Notes under the pieces: model-generated
The model's input: the letters and a program-made list of their open reading frames with translations, nothing else
Told to the model about the DNA's origin: nothing
Databases searched by the model: none
Assembly: GCA_934129895.1 (NCBI GenBank)
Contig: CAKOWY010000001.1
Span: 272,788 to 336,787 of the forward strand
DNA from: an uncultured Clostridia bacterium
GTDB taxonomy: Bacteria; Bacillota; Clostridia; TANB77; CAG-508
Length of the DNA stretch: 64,000 nucleotides
Direction: 5' to 3'
Part shown: positions 27,293 to 37,365 of the stretch, one piece after another
Position numbering within the stretch: position 1 is the stretch's first letter
Layout of the letters: every line of letters begins with the position of its first letter
Translations under genes and position numbers: made by a program

Positions 27293-27300
27293 TTAATCTT

Positions 27301-27801
27301 TTATATTATTGCTGATGAGACATGATATATTGTACATTTTTCTTTTAATAATCTTTTTGCTTCTCTTAATACTTTTTGTTCATCATCTAATAATATTGAA
27401 TGTGTATAACTTTCTTCCCTTTTTTTGATATTTTCCCCTTTTATTATATCTCTATTTTGTGATGAATAATCTCCTATCTCTTTCGTTAAAATTATCCAAT
27501 TATCTTCTTTTATAAATGGTACATATTTTTTTAACCAATTCTTCTTTTCTTCTGTTATTTTATTTGTCTTAGATAATGATAGAATATACATATCAAGATT
27601 CTTTATATTTGACAATTCTTTTAAATTTTGTATTACACATTTTAAAGGTTCAAATTCTTTATATTCTTTTCCCATTTTTTCAGCAATCTCATTTGATTCA
27701 TATATATGATATTCAACTATTGTTCCATCCATATCAATATACATAGCAACTTTTTCATTTGCTTCACATATCTTTTTAACTTTTTCTATAAAATTACTCA
27801 T
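27301..27801 (-). CDS. HAD-superfamily 5'(3')-deoxyribonucleotidase-like protein
   Basis: The HAD motif I is DxDGT-like (MYIDMDGTIVEY) and the length is about 166 aa, as in NT5C-type nucleotidases. An AAAGAGG RBS is present, and the GC content is host-like. Confidence 0.6.
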   Translation of the reverse strand: MSNFIEKVKKICEANEKVAMYIDMDGTIVEYHIYESNEIAEKMGKEYKEFEPLKCVIQNLKELSNIKNLDMYILSLSKTNKITEEKKNWLKKYVPFIKEDNWIILTKEIGDYSSQNRDIIKGENIKKREESYTHSILLDDEQKVLREAKRLLKEKCTIYHVSSAII

Positions 27802-27930
27802 AATTACCTCTTTCTATTAATAAAAAAATTATACCAGACATATTTATATTTTTCAAGTTTTACTTTTCTATTTACATTATTATAAAAATATGATAATATG
27901 TATAAAAGTTCTAATGAAAGGATGTGTACT

Positions 27931-28113
27931 ATGTCTGAAAAAAATAAAAAAATTGAAATAATTACTGATGATAGTTCAAACCTTGTAATTTCACCAGTTT
28001 ATGAACATATTAAAGATGTAAAACCAAAAATAACAGATAAGAAAAATATTATTATCCCAGGTGAAAAGAAAAAAGAAAATGAAGATAATAAAAAAGAAGA
28101 TAGTGAAAATTAA
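27931..28113 (+). CDS. small Lys/Glu-rich hypothetical protein (60 aa)
   Basis: Only plus-strand ORF with an RBS (AAAGGA 9 nt before the ATG at 27931). It is convergent with mreB and low-complexity, so it may be spurious. Confidence 0.3.
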   Translation: MSEKNKKIEIITDDSSNLVISPVYEHIKDVKPKITDKKNIIIPGEKKKENEDNKKEDSEN

Positions 28114-28127
28114 TTCACTATCCTCTT

Positions 28128-29114
28128 TTATTTCATATCTAAATTATCTAATGCTTTACCTGTTCCAAGCGCAACACATGATACTGCATCATCTGCAATC
28201 ATAACATTTATTCCTGTTTTTTCTTGTAATAATTTATCTAATCCATCAATTAGACATCCTCCACCAGTCATATATATTCCTCTATCACTAATATCTGCTG
28301 ATAACTCAGGTGGTGTTTTTTCTAATACTGAATGTACAGCTTCAACTATCTGCATAGCTGGTTCTATAAGTGCCTCTAGCATTTCGCTAGAATATACTAC
28401 AACATTTTTTGGTAATCCTGTTGTTAAATCTCTTCCTCTAATTTCCATGTCTATATCCTTTTCTTTTGGATATACACAACCAATGTTAATTTTCAAGTCT
28501 TCAGCTGTTCTTTCACCTATCATAATATTATGTTTCTTTTTTATATATTTTACTATTGATTCGTCAAACTTATCTCCAGCAACTTTTATTGATGTACTTT
28601 CTACAGAACCTCCTAATGATATTACTGCAATATCTGTAGTTCCTCCACCAATATCAACTACCATGTTTCCACAAGGTTTTGCAATATCTATACCAGCTCC
28701 AATAGCTGCTGCAATTGGCTCTTCTATTAAAAATACTTTTCTTGCTCCTGCTTGTGTAGCTGCATCTATTACTGCTTTTTTTTCAACTTCAGTAACTCTT
28801 GATGGAATACATATCATTGTTCTTGGTGCAAATATTGATTTTCCATTAACTTTATTTATAAAATATTTCAACATTTTTTCTGTTACTGTATAGTCTGATA
28901 TAACCCCTTCTCTTAATGGTCTTGTTGCTACAATATTACCTGGAGTTCTTCCTAACATTCTTCTTGCTTCTTGCCCAACAGCAAGTACCTCTTTTGTATT
29001 ACTATTTACAGCAACTACAGATGGTTCTCTTAATACTACACCTTTTCCTTTTATATACGCAATTACTGTTGCTGTTCCCAAATCAATTCCTATATCTTGC
29101 CCAAAACCAAACAT
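28128..29114 (-). CDS. mreB: rod shape-determining actin homologue MreB/Mbl family
   Basis: GIDLGTATVIAYIKGKGVVLREPSVVAV together with the actin-fold phosphate loops DIGGGTTD identify it. Confidence 0.85.
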   Translation of the reverse strand: MFGFGQDIGIDLGTATVIAYIKGKGVVLREPSVVAVNSNTKEVLAVGQEARRMLGRTPGNIVATRPLREGVISDYTVTEKMLKYFINKVNGKSIFAPRTMICIPSRVTEVEKKAVIDAATQAGARKVFLIEEPIAAAIGAGIDIAKPCGNMVVDIGGGTTDIAVISLGGSVESTSIKVAGDKFDESIVKYIKKKHNIMIGERTAEDLKINIGCVYPKEKDIDMEIRGRDLTTGLPKNVVVYSSEMLEALIEPAMQIVEAVHSVLEKTPPELSADISDRGIYMTGGGCLIDGLDKLLQEKTGINVMIADDAVSCVALGTGKALDNLDMK

Positions 29115-29208
29115 AATTAATCTAATCCTTCCACTAAAAATTTTCTAACTTTATATTCCCTATTATTTTATGTTCATTTTTATCAATTATATTCATCTTT
29201 TGAACATT

Positions 29209-29589
29209 TTAATTTAATTTTAAGTTCATTATTACAACTCCTGCAATTATCAATGCTGCTCCACCTATATTTAATCCTGTAATTTGTTCTTTTAATATTA
29301 ACCATGATGCAAGTACTATCATTACTTGTGATATTCCATTACATATTGGAGAAATAAAACTTAAACTTTCAAACATCATTATAATTCTTGTATATAACAA
29401 GAAACTAACAATGTAACATATAAAACCTAGTAAGCTAACCCAACTTATTGAAAATCCAAATTCTCCGCCACCTACTGTTATTTTCCCTGCATTTCCACCT
29501 TTTTTCATTAAAATTAATCCTGATACTGTAAATATTAAATACATTACTATCATTAAGTATTTCATTATTTCTTTACTCCTTATTTTCAT
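29209..29589 (-). CDS. small 4-TM EamA/SMR-like membrane protein (GtrA/ArnE-like lipid-linked sugar flippase candidate)
   Basis: It is 126 aa with four hydrophobic segments, and its start overlaps the stop of the GT2 gene upstream. Confidence 0.55.
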   Translation of the reverse strand: MKIRSKEIMKYLMIVMYLIFTVSGLILMKKGGNAGKITVGGGEFGFSISWVSLLGFICYIVSFLLYTRIIMMFESLSFISPICNGISQVMIVLASWLILKEQITGLNIGGAALIIAGVVIMNLKLN

Positions 29590-30539
29590 TATTTTATCCT
29601 TCCATCTTTTTCTGTTTCTTTAACAATATATATAGGACGTTTTTTTACTTCTAAATATGTTTTTGATAAATACTGTCCTATAATTCCAATTGTAAACAAT
29701 TGAATTCCACTAACAAATACTGTTATGCATGCCATTGATGGCCATCCTGGTGTTGGATCTCCATACACAAGGGTTTTTACTATTATAAATATAATTGCTA
29801 TAAATGCAACTATACAAAATATCAAACCTATTATTGATGAAAATATCAATGGTGTAGTTGAAAATGCAGTTATTCCTTCTAATGCATATTTAAACAATTT
29901 CCAAAAAGACCATTTAGTTTCTCCTGCAACTCTTTCTACATTTTCATATTCAATCCATTTTGTATCAAAACCTACAAAACTAAATAATCCTTTTGAATAT
30001 CTATTGTATTCTTTTAATGATATTATTGCATCAACTACTTGTCTTTTCATAAGTCGATAATCTCTTGCACCATCAACCATTTCTATGTCTGACATTTTAT
30101 TTATTATTTTATAAAACATTCTTGCAAAAAAACTTCTAATTGGTGGTTCTCCTTTTCTAGTAACTCTACGAGTTCCAACAGAATCATATCCTTCGTTTTT
30201 TATTGCATCATACATCTGTTTTAATAATGCTGGTGGATCTTGTAAATCAGCATCCATTAATGTTACATAATCTCCTTCTGCTGCTTCTAGTCCAGCATAC
30301 ATTGCTGCTTCTTTTCCAAAGTTTCTTGAAAATGAAACATATCTTACTTTATTATCTTTACTATTCAATTCTTTCATTATTTTTAATGTGTTATCTTTTG
30401 AACCATCGTTTACAAATATATATTCAAATTCAGCAATTCCTTCAAAATCTTGTTTTCTAACTCTTTCCATTTCTTCATAAAATAATGGTAAAGCTTTTTC
30501 TTCATTATAACAAGATACTACTACAGATATTTTTTCCAT
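29589..30539 (-). CDS. polyprenyl-phosphate glycosyltransferase (GT2, GtrB/ArnC-like, C-terminal 2 TM)
   Basis: It has the GT2 signatures VVVSCYNEEK and DGSKD plus a DADLQD motif, and two TM segments at the C-terminus. Confidence 0.8.
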   Translation of the reverse strand: MEKISVVVSCYNEEKALPLFYEEMERVRKQDFEGIAEFEYIFVNDGSKDNTLKIMKELNSKDNKVRYVSFSRNFGKEAAMYAGLEAAEGDYVTLMDADLQDPPALLKQMYDAIKNEGYDSVGTRRVTRKGEPPIRSFFARMFYKIINKMSDIEMVDGARDYRLMKRQVVDAIISLKEYNRYSKGLFSFVGFDTKWIEYENVERVAGETKWSFWKLFKYALEGITAFSTTPLIFSSIIGLIFCIVAFIAIIFIIVKTLVYGDPTPGWPSMACITVFVSGIQLFTIGIIGQYLSKTYLEVKKRPIYIVKETEKDGRIK

Positions 30540-30541
30540 TT

Positions 30542-32044
30542 TTATCCCTTTCTATTATTTATTAGTATATTACTATTATAAAATTTCGATGTTTTTCTTA
30601 ATTCGCCATCAACATATTCTTTTCCGTATTTTTCAAGTAATGTTTTTTCATTTGAAAATAAATTTGTTCCTAATCCTAATCTTTCTCCTTCAATCTTAAC
30701 TCCCAATGCTGCTAATGTTGTAGGATATAAATCCATAGTACTAAATTGTCTATTTTTTGTATTATCAGTATTGCTAGATGAATTCATAAATAAATTTATA
30801 ACTGTTTTTTCATATTCACTATTTTCATCTATTTCAAAAAAATCCTTTTGCATTGATAAATGGTCACCTGATATAACAATTGTTGTGTTTTCATAAAAAT
30901 CTTGTTCTTGAATCCATTTTACAAATTCTGCAACTTTTTTACTAGAACATGCTATTACATTTTTGTATTGTTCATCAAACTTATTATCACAATCTTCACA
31001 CAAATATCCCTCTTGAAAATGTGTATCTACAGTTAACATTGTAAAATTAAATGGTTCGTCTTGCTTTGATATTGTTTCTAATTTTTCTTTTGCCATTTCA
31101 AACAATATATTATCATTAAATCCCCACCAAACTCTTTCGTTTATTTTACCTTCTTTTTCTGCTGTATTTACATCATATATCTCATAATTTCCATGTTGTT
31201 GGTAGAAATTTTTTCTCCCTGCATATCCAGCTTCTGACCCCATTAAAATATAATTTTTATACCCATTATCTTCAAGAACTTGTCCTATAGTATAAGCTCC
31301 ATCTAGAAATTTGCTGTATTGATCTAGTGAATTTTGTTCAATTCCTATTTTTAATGGTATTCCTGCACTTTGTGCTGTCATTGCTCCAACTGTCCATGTT
31401 GCACCATATAATGCATAAGCTCCTCCTAATTTGTCTGTATTAGAAAAACTTATGTTTTCTTTCGCTAATTTTGAAAGCTCTGGCATTAAATTTTGCTTAG
31501 ATAATCCTCCATCTTCTTGTGAATAATATGTTGATTCCATTGATTCCAAATATATGTATATCAAGTTTTTCTTTTTTTCTGGAAATTCTATTTTTGCTGT
31601 TTTGGGATCTACATATTCATTTTCTATAAATTTTGAATTATTCATTTGATTTGATATGTATTCTTTTATATCTGTAGCTTTTACAACCTTATTAATACTT
31701 ATCAATAATATAAATAATGATAACATTATTGTAATTACTGCTGTTTTTTTCTTATTTGATGTTTGAATATTTATTTTTTCTTTTAATTTTATATCTTTTG
31801 CATTAGGATATATTAGTATAATTGATAATATTATTGTTGATAATATTATTTTCCATAAACATGTATTTAAATATTCATATACTAATGTTGTATCTGCTCC
31901 TTCAATTGGCACTTTTAACTGAAATATGATTTCTTCTAATTTTAATTCATTAAAACTATTATACAACCAGTCAATTGAAATTGATAATGCAATTCCTATT
32001 AATAAACACACTATTATTATTACGCCAATTATCTTTTTCTTCAT
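30542..32044 (-). CDS. LTA synthase family / sulfatase-like phosphoglycerol transferase
   Basis: N-terminal TM segments are followed by an alkaline-phosphatase-like sulfatase domain (TVDTHFQEGY). Confidence 0.7.
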   Translation of the reverse strand: MKKKIIGVIIIVCLLIGIALSISIDWLYNSFNELKLEEIIFQLKVPIEGADTTLVYEYLNTCLWKIILSTIILSIILIYPNAKDIKLKEKINIQTSNKKKTAVITIMLSLFILLISINKVVKATDIKEYISNQMNNSKFIENEYVDPKTAKIEFPEKKKNLIYIYLESMESTYYSQEDGGLSKQNLMPELSKLAKENISFSNTDKLGGAYALYGATWTVGAMTAQSAGIPLKIGIEQNSLDQYSKFLDGAYTIGQVLEDNGYKNYILMGSEAGYAGRKNFYQQHGNYEIYDVNTAEKEGKINERVWWGFNDNILFEMAKEKLETISKQDEPFNFTMLTVDTHFQEGYLCEDCDNKFDEQYKNVIACSSKKVAEFVKWIQEQDFYENTTIVISGDHLSMQKDFFEIDENSEYEKTVINLFMNSSSNTDNTKNRQFSTMDLYPTTLAALGVKIEGERLGLGTNLFSNEKTLLEKYGKEYVDGELRKTSKFYNSNILINNRKG

Positions 32045-32047
32045 TTT

Positions 32048-33064
32048 TTACCTCATCTTGTTCATCTTGTTTTGTATATATTTCCATGAATCATTACACA
32101 TATCTTGTAATGTTTTATTAGCTTCCCATCCTAATTCATTTTTTGCTTTTTTTGGATCTGAATAACATGTTGCAATATCTCCTGGTCTACGATCAACTAT
32201 TTTATAATTAATTGCTTTTCCTGTTGTTTTTTCAAATGCTTTGACCATATCTAATACACTGTATCCTATTCCTGTTCCTAAATTATATATATATATTCCC
32301 TTTTGTTCTTTTTCTAATTTTTCTAATGCTTTAATATGTCCTTTTGCTAAATCAACTACATGTATATAGTCTCTTACTCCTGTTCCATCTGGTGTATTAT
32401 AATCATTTCCAAATACTGATAATTGTTCTAATTCTCCTGATGCAACTCTAACTATATAAGGCATTAAATTATTTGGTATTCCTTGTGGCTCTTCTCCTAT
32501 CAATCCACTTTCATGTGCTCCAACTGGATTAAAATATCTTAATATCGCAATATCCCACTCATTATCTGAATTATATAAATCTTTTAATATTTGCTCAATA
32601 AATAATTTTGTTGTTCCATAAGGATTTGTTGTTCCACCTGTTTTACATTCTTCTGTAATTGGTATTATTTCAGGATCTCCATATACTGTTGCTGATGAAC
32701 TAAATATAAATTTCTTTACATTATATTTTTTCATTGTTTCTAATAATGTTATCGCTCCTGATATATTATTTTCATAATATTCTAATGGTTTTTTTACTGA
32801 TTCTCCAACAGCTTTATATCCAGCAAAATTCATTACTGCTTCTATTTTATTTTCTTCAAATACTTTTTCAAGTTCTTTTTTATTTAAATAATCTATTTTA
32901 TAAAATTTAAAGTCTTTTTTTGTTATTTTCTTGATGCTCTCTAATACTTCTGGCTTACTATTTGAAAAATTGTCCAGAACTACTACATCTCTTCCTTCAT
33001 TTAATAATTCTACTACTGTGTGGCTACCTATATATCCAGCTCCACCTGTTACTAATATTGACAT
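32048..33064 (-). CDS. galE: UDP-glucose 4-epimerase
   Basis: It has the Rossmann motif [11 protein letters not shown] and the catalytic YGTTK motif. The ATG at 33062-33064 has a GGAGG RBS. Confidence 0.8.
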   Translation of the reverse strand: MSILVTGGAGYIGSHTVVELLNEGRDVVVLDNFSNSKPEVLESIKKITKKDFKFYKIDYLNKKELEKVFEENKIEAVMNFAGYKAVGESVKKPLEYYENNISGAITLLETMKKYNVKKFIFSSSATVYGDPEIIPITEECKTGGTTNPYGTTKLFIEQILKDLYNSDNEWDIAILRYFNPVGAHESGLIGEEPQGIPNNLMPYIVRVASGELEQLSVFGNDYNTPDGTGVRDYIHVVDLAKGHIKALEKLEKEQKGIYIYNLGTGIGYSVLDMVKAFEKTTGKAINYKIVDRRPGDIATCYSDPKKAKNELGWEANKTLQDMCNDSWKYIQNKMNKMR

Positions 33065-33149
33065 ATTTTCCTCCTTATAAGACAAAATAACTGTTTTTTT
33101 GTCGCTGTTAGTATATCACTAAAACTATATATTTTCAATAGTTTAATTC

Positions 33150-35117
33150 TTAAAAATATCTTTTGTAACAAATATTTAAATCTATATTTCCAGTTATACC
33201 AGCAATTTTTCCTTTATCTGTATATTGCCACATATCATATCCTTTTGAATATTTAAATATATCATCTGGAAGTTGCCCATTACTTTCGCCATAATCTGCA
33301 ATCCATATATTATAATCTTCTGGTAATTTATTTATATCTAAATAATTTGCTAACCAATATGAATATGAGTATACTCCGACTTCATATCCAGCTGATTTCA
33401 TTGTATTGCAAAATGCTATAGTTATTTTAGTTATTGTTTCTTTATCTATATTTTTCTGTGTTTCGTCTTCTATATCAAAAAATATAGGTAATTCAAATTT
33501 TGTTTGATTACTATTTTTTAAATATTTTATTGTTTCTTCTGCTTCTTTTTTAGCTCCTTCAACATCTTTTGCATAAGAATATATGTAAGCTCCTAATGGA
33601 ATTTTTTTGTTTTTGGTTTCTTTATAATTTCTCTTAAATTGATCATCTTCTATAAATTTCTTTTGATCTTCACTATACCATCCTATTCTTGCTATCATAA
33701 AATCAATTTTTTTACTTGCAACAACTTTATTATAATCAATTTTATTTTGCCATTTTGATACATCTACTCCAATATAATATCTTTTATAATGTGGTACTAT
33801 TCTGATTTCTATTGCTTCTATTTTTAAATTTCGTCCTGTTGTACCAGCACTTTCACCATCTATATACCACTCTGTCCATCCTATATCTTGGACATGTACT
33901 CTATATTCTACAGTATATTCATCTAAATTTTCCAATTTTATTTTTATTGCTTCTATTTTTAGTCCTTTATTTAATATTCCTGCTTTTTCATCAGCATTTA
34001 CCCAGCTCATCCACCCTATATCCTGTACATGAACCATATATTTTATTTTTTCATTTTCTTTTGCATTTATTAATTCCATACTTATTGCTTCTAATTTTCT
34101 ATTTTGCCCTGTAGTACCTGCTGTTTCACCATTTTTTAGAATTTTGTTTTCTTCTGGTACATTTCCTTCAAGATAAGCATAATATTCAATTCCAATTTTA
34201 TCTGAATTATTATTTTCTTTTTCTATTATCATTATTTGTATTGCCTCTATTTTTTCAGTAGCTGATATTTTTCCAGCAATTGCACCATTTTCTACCCAAT
34301 TCATCCAACCTTCATTTTCAACATGAACTCTATATTTAACTGTATATTTATTGGTTCCTTCTATTTTTATTCTTATTCCAAATAATCTCAAATTTTTTCC
34401 TGTCGTTCCTGTTTGTTCTCCGTTTTTTACCCAATTTTGCCAACCAGCATTTTCTACATAAGTTTTATATTTTATATTTACTCCACTAGGTGCATTGTTT
34501 AATTTTATTTTCAATGCTTCTGTTTTTAAATTTTCCCCAATTGTTCCTGAAATATCATATTCTGTTTTTTCTGCTTGCCAACCTATGTCTTGTACATGAG
34601 AACTATAAGTTACAGAAATATTGTTATTATTTTTTTTAGAAACAATTCTAATTTCTATTGCTTCTATTTTTAAGCCATCACCTAAATTTCCTGAAATTTT
34701 GCCATCGCTTACCCATTCTGTCCAACCAATATCTTGTACATGTGTCCTATATTCAATAGAATATTCACTTGTGTTTTCTAACCAAATTTTAATTGCTTCC
34801 ATTCTTAAATTTTTTCCTGTTGTTCCTGTTTGTTCTCCATTAGAAACTGTTTTTTGCCATCCTTTTCCTTGAATATAAGTTGTATATTTTATATTTATTC
34901 CATTACTATTTTTTAGTTTTATATTTAATGCTTCAACTTTTAAATTTTTTCCTGTTGTCCCTGCTTGTTTACCTTCAGTAACATATTCTTGCCATCCTAT
35001 ATCTTGTACATGTGTACGATATTCTACTTCTGGCTTTACTGAAGCTGCCCTTACATCTACTTTTAATACAAAAATATATAATATAATTAATAATATTATT
35101 CCAATTGTTTTTTTCAT
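33150..35117 (-). CDS. secreted ChW-repeat protein with C-terminal GH25 muramidase domain
   Basis: A signal peptide is followed by about 9 repeats of YxxHVQDIGWxxW...AGTTGxxLxxEAIxIxL (ChW-type). The C-terminal GVDVSKWQ...DIED...WIADYG segment is a GH25 lysozyme. Confidence 0.8.
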   Translation of the reverse strand: MKKTIGIILLIILYIFVLKVDVRAASVKPEVEYRTHVQDIGWQEYVTEGKQAGTTGKNLKVEALNIKLKNSNGINIKYTTYIQGKGWQKTVSNGEQTGTTGKNLRMEAIKIWLENTSEYSIEYRTHVQDIGWTEWVSDGKISGNLGDGLKIEAIEIRIVSKKNNNNISVTYSSHVQDIGWQAEKTEYDISGTIGENLKTEALKIKLNNAPSGVNIKYKTYVENAGWQNWVKNGEQTGTTGKNLRLFGIRIKIEGTNKYTVKYRVHVENEGWMNWVENGAIAGKISATEKIEAIQIMIIEKENNNSDKIGIEYYAYLEGNVPEENKILKNGETAGTTGQNRKLEAISMELINAKENEKIKYMVHVQDIGWMSWVNADEKAGILNKGLKIEAIKIKLENLDEYTVEYRVHVQDIGWTEWYIDGESAGTTGRNLKIEAIEIRIVPHYKRYYIGVDVSKWQNKIDYNKVVASKKIDFMIARIGWYSEDQKKFIEDDQFKRNYKETKNKKIPLGAYIYSYAKDVEGAKKEAEETIKYLKNSNQTKFELPIFFDIEDETQKNIDKETITKITIAFCNTMKSAGYEVGVYSYSYWLANYLDINKLPEDYNIWIADYGESNGQLPDDIFKYSKGYDMWQYTDKGKIAGITGNIDLNICYKRYF

Positions 35118-35199
35118 TTTATCACTTCCCTTAGTATATATTATAAACGCCAAAAAAGGATTTTTCAACCATTATTAAAAAATCCTTTCCTAGTAATTT

Positions 35200-36243
35200 T
35201 TACCATTTAATATCTATTTTCAATTTATCAATGAAAAATCTATATATTCTTATATATACCATTGGCATATTCCATTTATATAATAATGAAATTCCCCATA
35301 ATCCAAAATGCTTAAATCCTTTTTTGATAGAATATGTAAATTTTAAAAATGGATTTTTTCGCCATGTTCCAAAATTTTCGTCCAAATATTTTATTGTTTC
35401 TTTTACCATCTTTTTTATTTCTATATTTGGATCATAAGATGCTCTATACATAACAGAAACTCCTAAGTGTATAAATGCCATCAAATCTAATATATATTTC
35501 ATCTCATCATATTTTCCAGAGTTTTTATAAAATTCTTTTACCTCTAGTAAATACTTCTTTAAATTATTAACATCCTTTTCATTTATAGTATGAATTTGTG
35601 AATCATATCTTAAATAATAATGATACAATACATCTGGCACAAATGCAATCTTTTCTATTCTAGTATATGCTTCCATTAAAAACATCGTATCATTAAAACC
35701 TCTAAAGCTCAAAAACCTTAAATCTTTTATTTTTTCTCTACGATATATTTTATTCCAAGGAGCTGGGTTAATAAAAACTATAAAATCATCTTTTGGATCT
35801 ATTTTTTTTACTGTACGACCAAATCCAGTCATGTCTGTGCCAACTACTTTGTTTGTTGCTAAATCAATTCTTTCAAATGCACAAACTGCGAAGTCTGCAT
35901 CATTCTTTTTAGCTGCATTATATAACTTTTCTGCCCATTCTTTTTCTACATAATCATCTGTATCAACAAATGTTACGTATTCTCCTTTTGCTCTTTCTAA
36001 TCCGTAATTTCTAGTTGTAAATTCTCCACCATTTGGTTTATGAAATGCTTTTACTTTATTAGGATATTTTTTTTCATATTCATCTATTATTTGTGGTGCA
36101 GAATCTGTTGAGCCGTCATCTACACATAATATTTCTATATCTTCTAATGTTTGATTAACAAGAGCATCTAAACATCTTGGTAAATATTTTTCCAAATTGT
36201 ATACTAATGCTACTATTGATAATTTTATGTTTTTCTCTTCCAT
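35200..36243 (-). CDS. glycosyltransferase family 2
   Basis: The GT2 signatures LSIVALVYNLEKYL and VDDGSTDS are present. Confidence 0.75.
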   Translation of the reverse strand: MEEKNIKLSIVALVYNLEKYLPRCLDALVNQTLEDIEILCVDDGSTDSAPQIIDEYEKKYPNKVKAFHKPNGGEFTTRNYGLERAKGEYVTFVDTDDYVEKEWAEKLYNAAKKNDADFAVCAFERIDLATNKVVGTDMTGFGRTVKKIDPKDDFIVFINPAPWNKIYRREKIKDLRFLSFRGFNDTMFLMEAYTRIEKIAFVPDVLYHYYLRYDSQIHTINEKDVNNLKKYLLEVKEFYKNSGKYDEMKYILDLMAFIHLGVSVMYRASYDPNIEIKKMVKETIKYLDENFGTWRKNPFLKFTYSIKKGFKHFGLWGISLLYKWNMPMVYIRIYRFFIDKLKIDIKW

Positions 36244-36244
36244 T

Positions 36245-36610
36245 TTATTTCTCCAATTTTTTTGTTCTCTCTAATTCATCTATTCTCGCTTTTAACATAG
36301 AAACTTCTTGTATTAATAGAACATTCTTTTTTTGCTCTTGTGAAATTAATGTTGTTAAATTAAATATTAAATATAATATTATAAATATAGCTACACTAAA
36401 TATCATATTTATAGGCATCTCAAATCCTATCATTTTTGAAAAATTTTCTACAAGTCCTGGTATGCACAATGCAACAATTAATAATATTCCTATAATTGAC
36501 CAAAATATTAAATATCCAATTCTCATATTTTTTCTTTTCACAGCTTTAAGTATACTGAAAATGTATATTAATAAAACAAGAATTAAAACAATTTTTAATG
36601 ACATTTGCAT
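36245..36610 (-). CDS. DUF2304-like small membrane protein
   Basis: Two or three TM segments precede a C-terminal coiled coil. It is overlapped by the upstream GT2 stop, an arrangement common with GT2 partners. Confidence 0.55.
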   Translation of the reverse strand: MQMSLKIVLILVLLIYIFSILKAVKRKNMRIGYLIFWSIIGILLIVALCIPGLVENFSKMIGFEMPINMIFSVAIFIILYLIFNLTTLISQEQKKNVLLIQEVSMLKARIDELERTKKLEK

Positions 36611-37341
36611 TATTTTTTTCCTCCTTTTTTCTTAAAGCTTATACTATCAACTATTATTGCTAATACTACTTTAACCATATAATCAACTGTTTTCCATAAT
36701 CTTATTGATGAAACTCCTCCAGTTCTTTCGTTCATACTTACTGGTACTTCTTCTACTTTATAATTACTTACTAATAAACATACTGTTGACTCTGGCTCTG
36801 GATATTCTGTTGGGTAATTATGAGCAAATTCTTCTATTACTTTTTTATTTGTTGCTCTAAATCCAGATGTTGGATCTGTAATTCTTACACCACAACAGAT
36901 TTTTATAAACATTGAGATTATATTTGCCCCTAATCTTCTCATAAATGTTGATTGGAATTTGCTTGATGATTTGTCTAAATATCTTGTTCCAATACACATA
37001 TCAACTTGTCCATCAATTAAAGGTTCGCATATTTTTATCACATAATTGATATCATGTTGTCCATCTCCATCAAACTGAACTGCAATATCATAATTATTTT
37101 CGTGAGCATATTTGTATCCTGTTTGAACAGCTCCTCCAATTCCTAAATTATTAATCAAATTTATATGATTTAAATTATTTTCTTCTAGTATTTTTAATGT
37201 ACTATCTTTTGAACCATCATTAATAAATACATAATCTAATTTTTGTTCATTTTTTTCATTATAATTTTTTATAGTATTATATACTTTTAATACATTTTCT
37301 TCTTCGTTATATGCTGGTATTATTAATAATATTTTTTTCAT
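36610..37341 (-). CDS. glycosyltransferase family 2 (dolichyl/polyprenyl-phosphate sugar transferase-like)
   Basis: It has the GT2 signature IIPAYNEEENV...NDGSKD and a DxD-equivalent motif. Confidence 0.8.
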   Translation of the reverse strand: MKKILLIIPAYNEEENVLKVYNTIKNYNEKNEQKLDYVFINDGSKDSTLKILEENNLNHINLINNLGIGGAVQTGYKYAHENNYDIAVQFDGDGQHDINYVIKICEPLIDGQVDMCIGTRYLDKSSSKFQSTFMRRLGANIISMFIKICCGVRITDPTSGFRATNKKVIEEFAHNYPTEYPEPESTVCLLVSNYKVEEVPVSMNERTGGVSSIRLWKTVDYMVKVVLAIIVDSISFKKKGGKK

Positions 37342-37365
37342 TAAACTCCCTCTTCTTTACAAGTT

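Noticed and set aside
28100-28140. Short palindrome AGTGAAAATTAATTCACT between the small plus-strand ORF and mreB, as a bidirectional terminator.
   Set aside because: The stem is only about 6 bp and it overlaps the putative small-ORF stop. The evidence is too weak to annotate.
33085-35168. Longer track starts for galE (33085), the ChW-GH25 gene (35168) and the ChW-M14 gene (53062).
   Set aside because: The extended N-termini use non-ATG starts and lack an RBS. Internal ATGs with Shine-Dalgarno sequences give canonical N-termini (a Rossmann motif for galE, signal peptides for the two ChW proteins).
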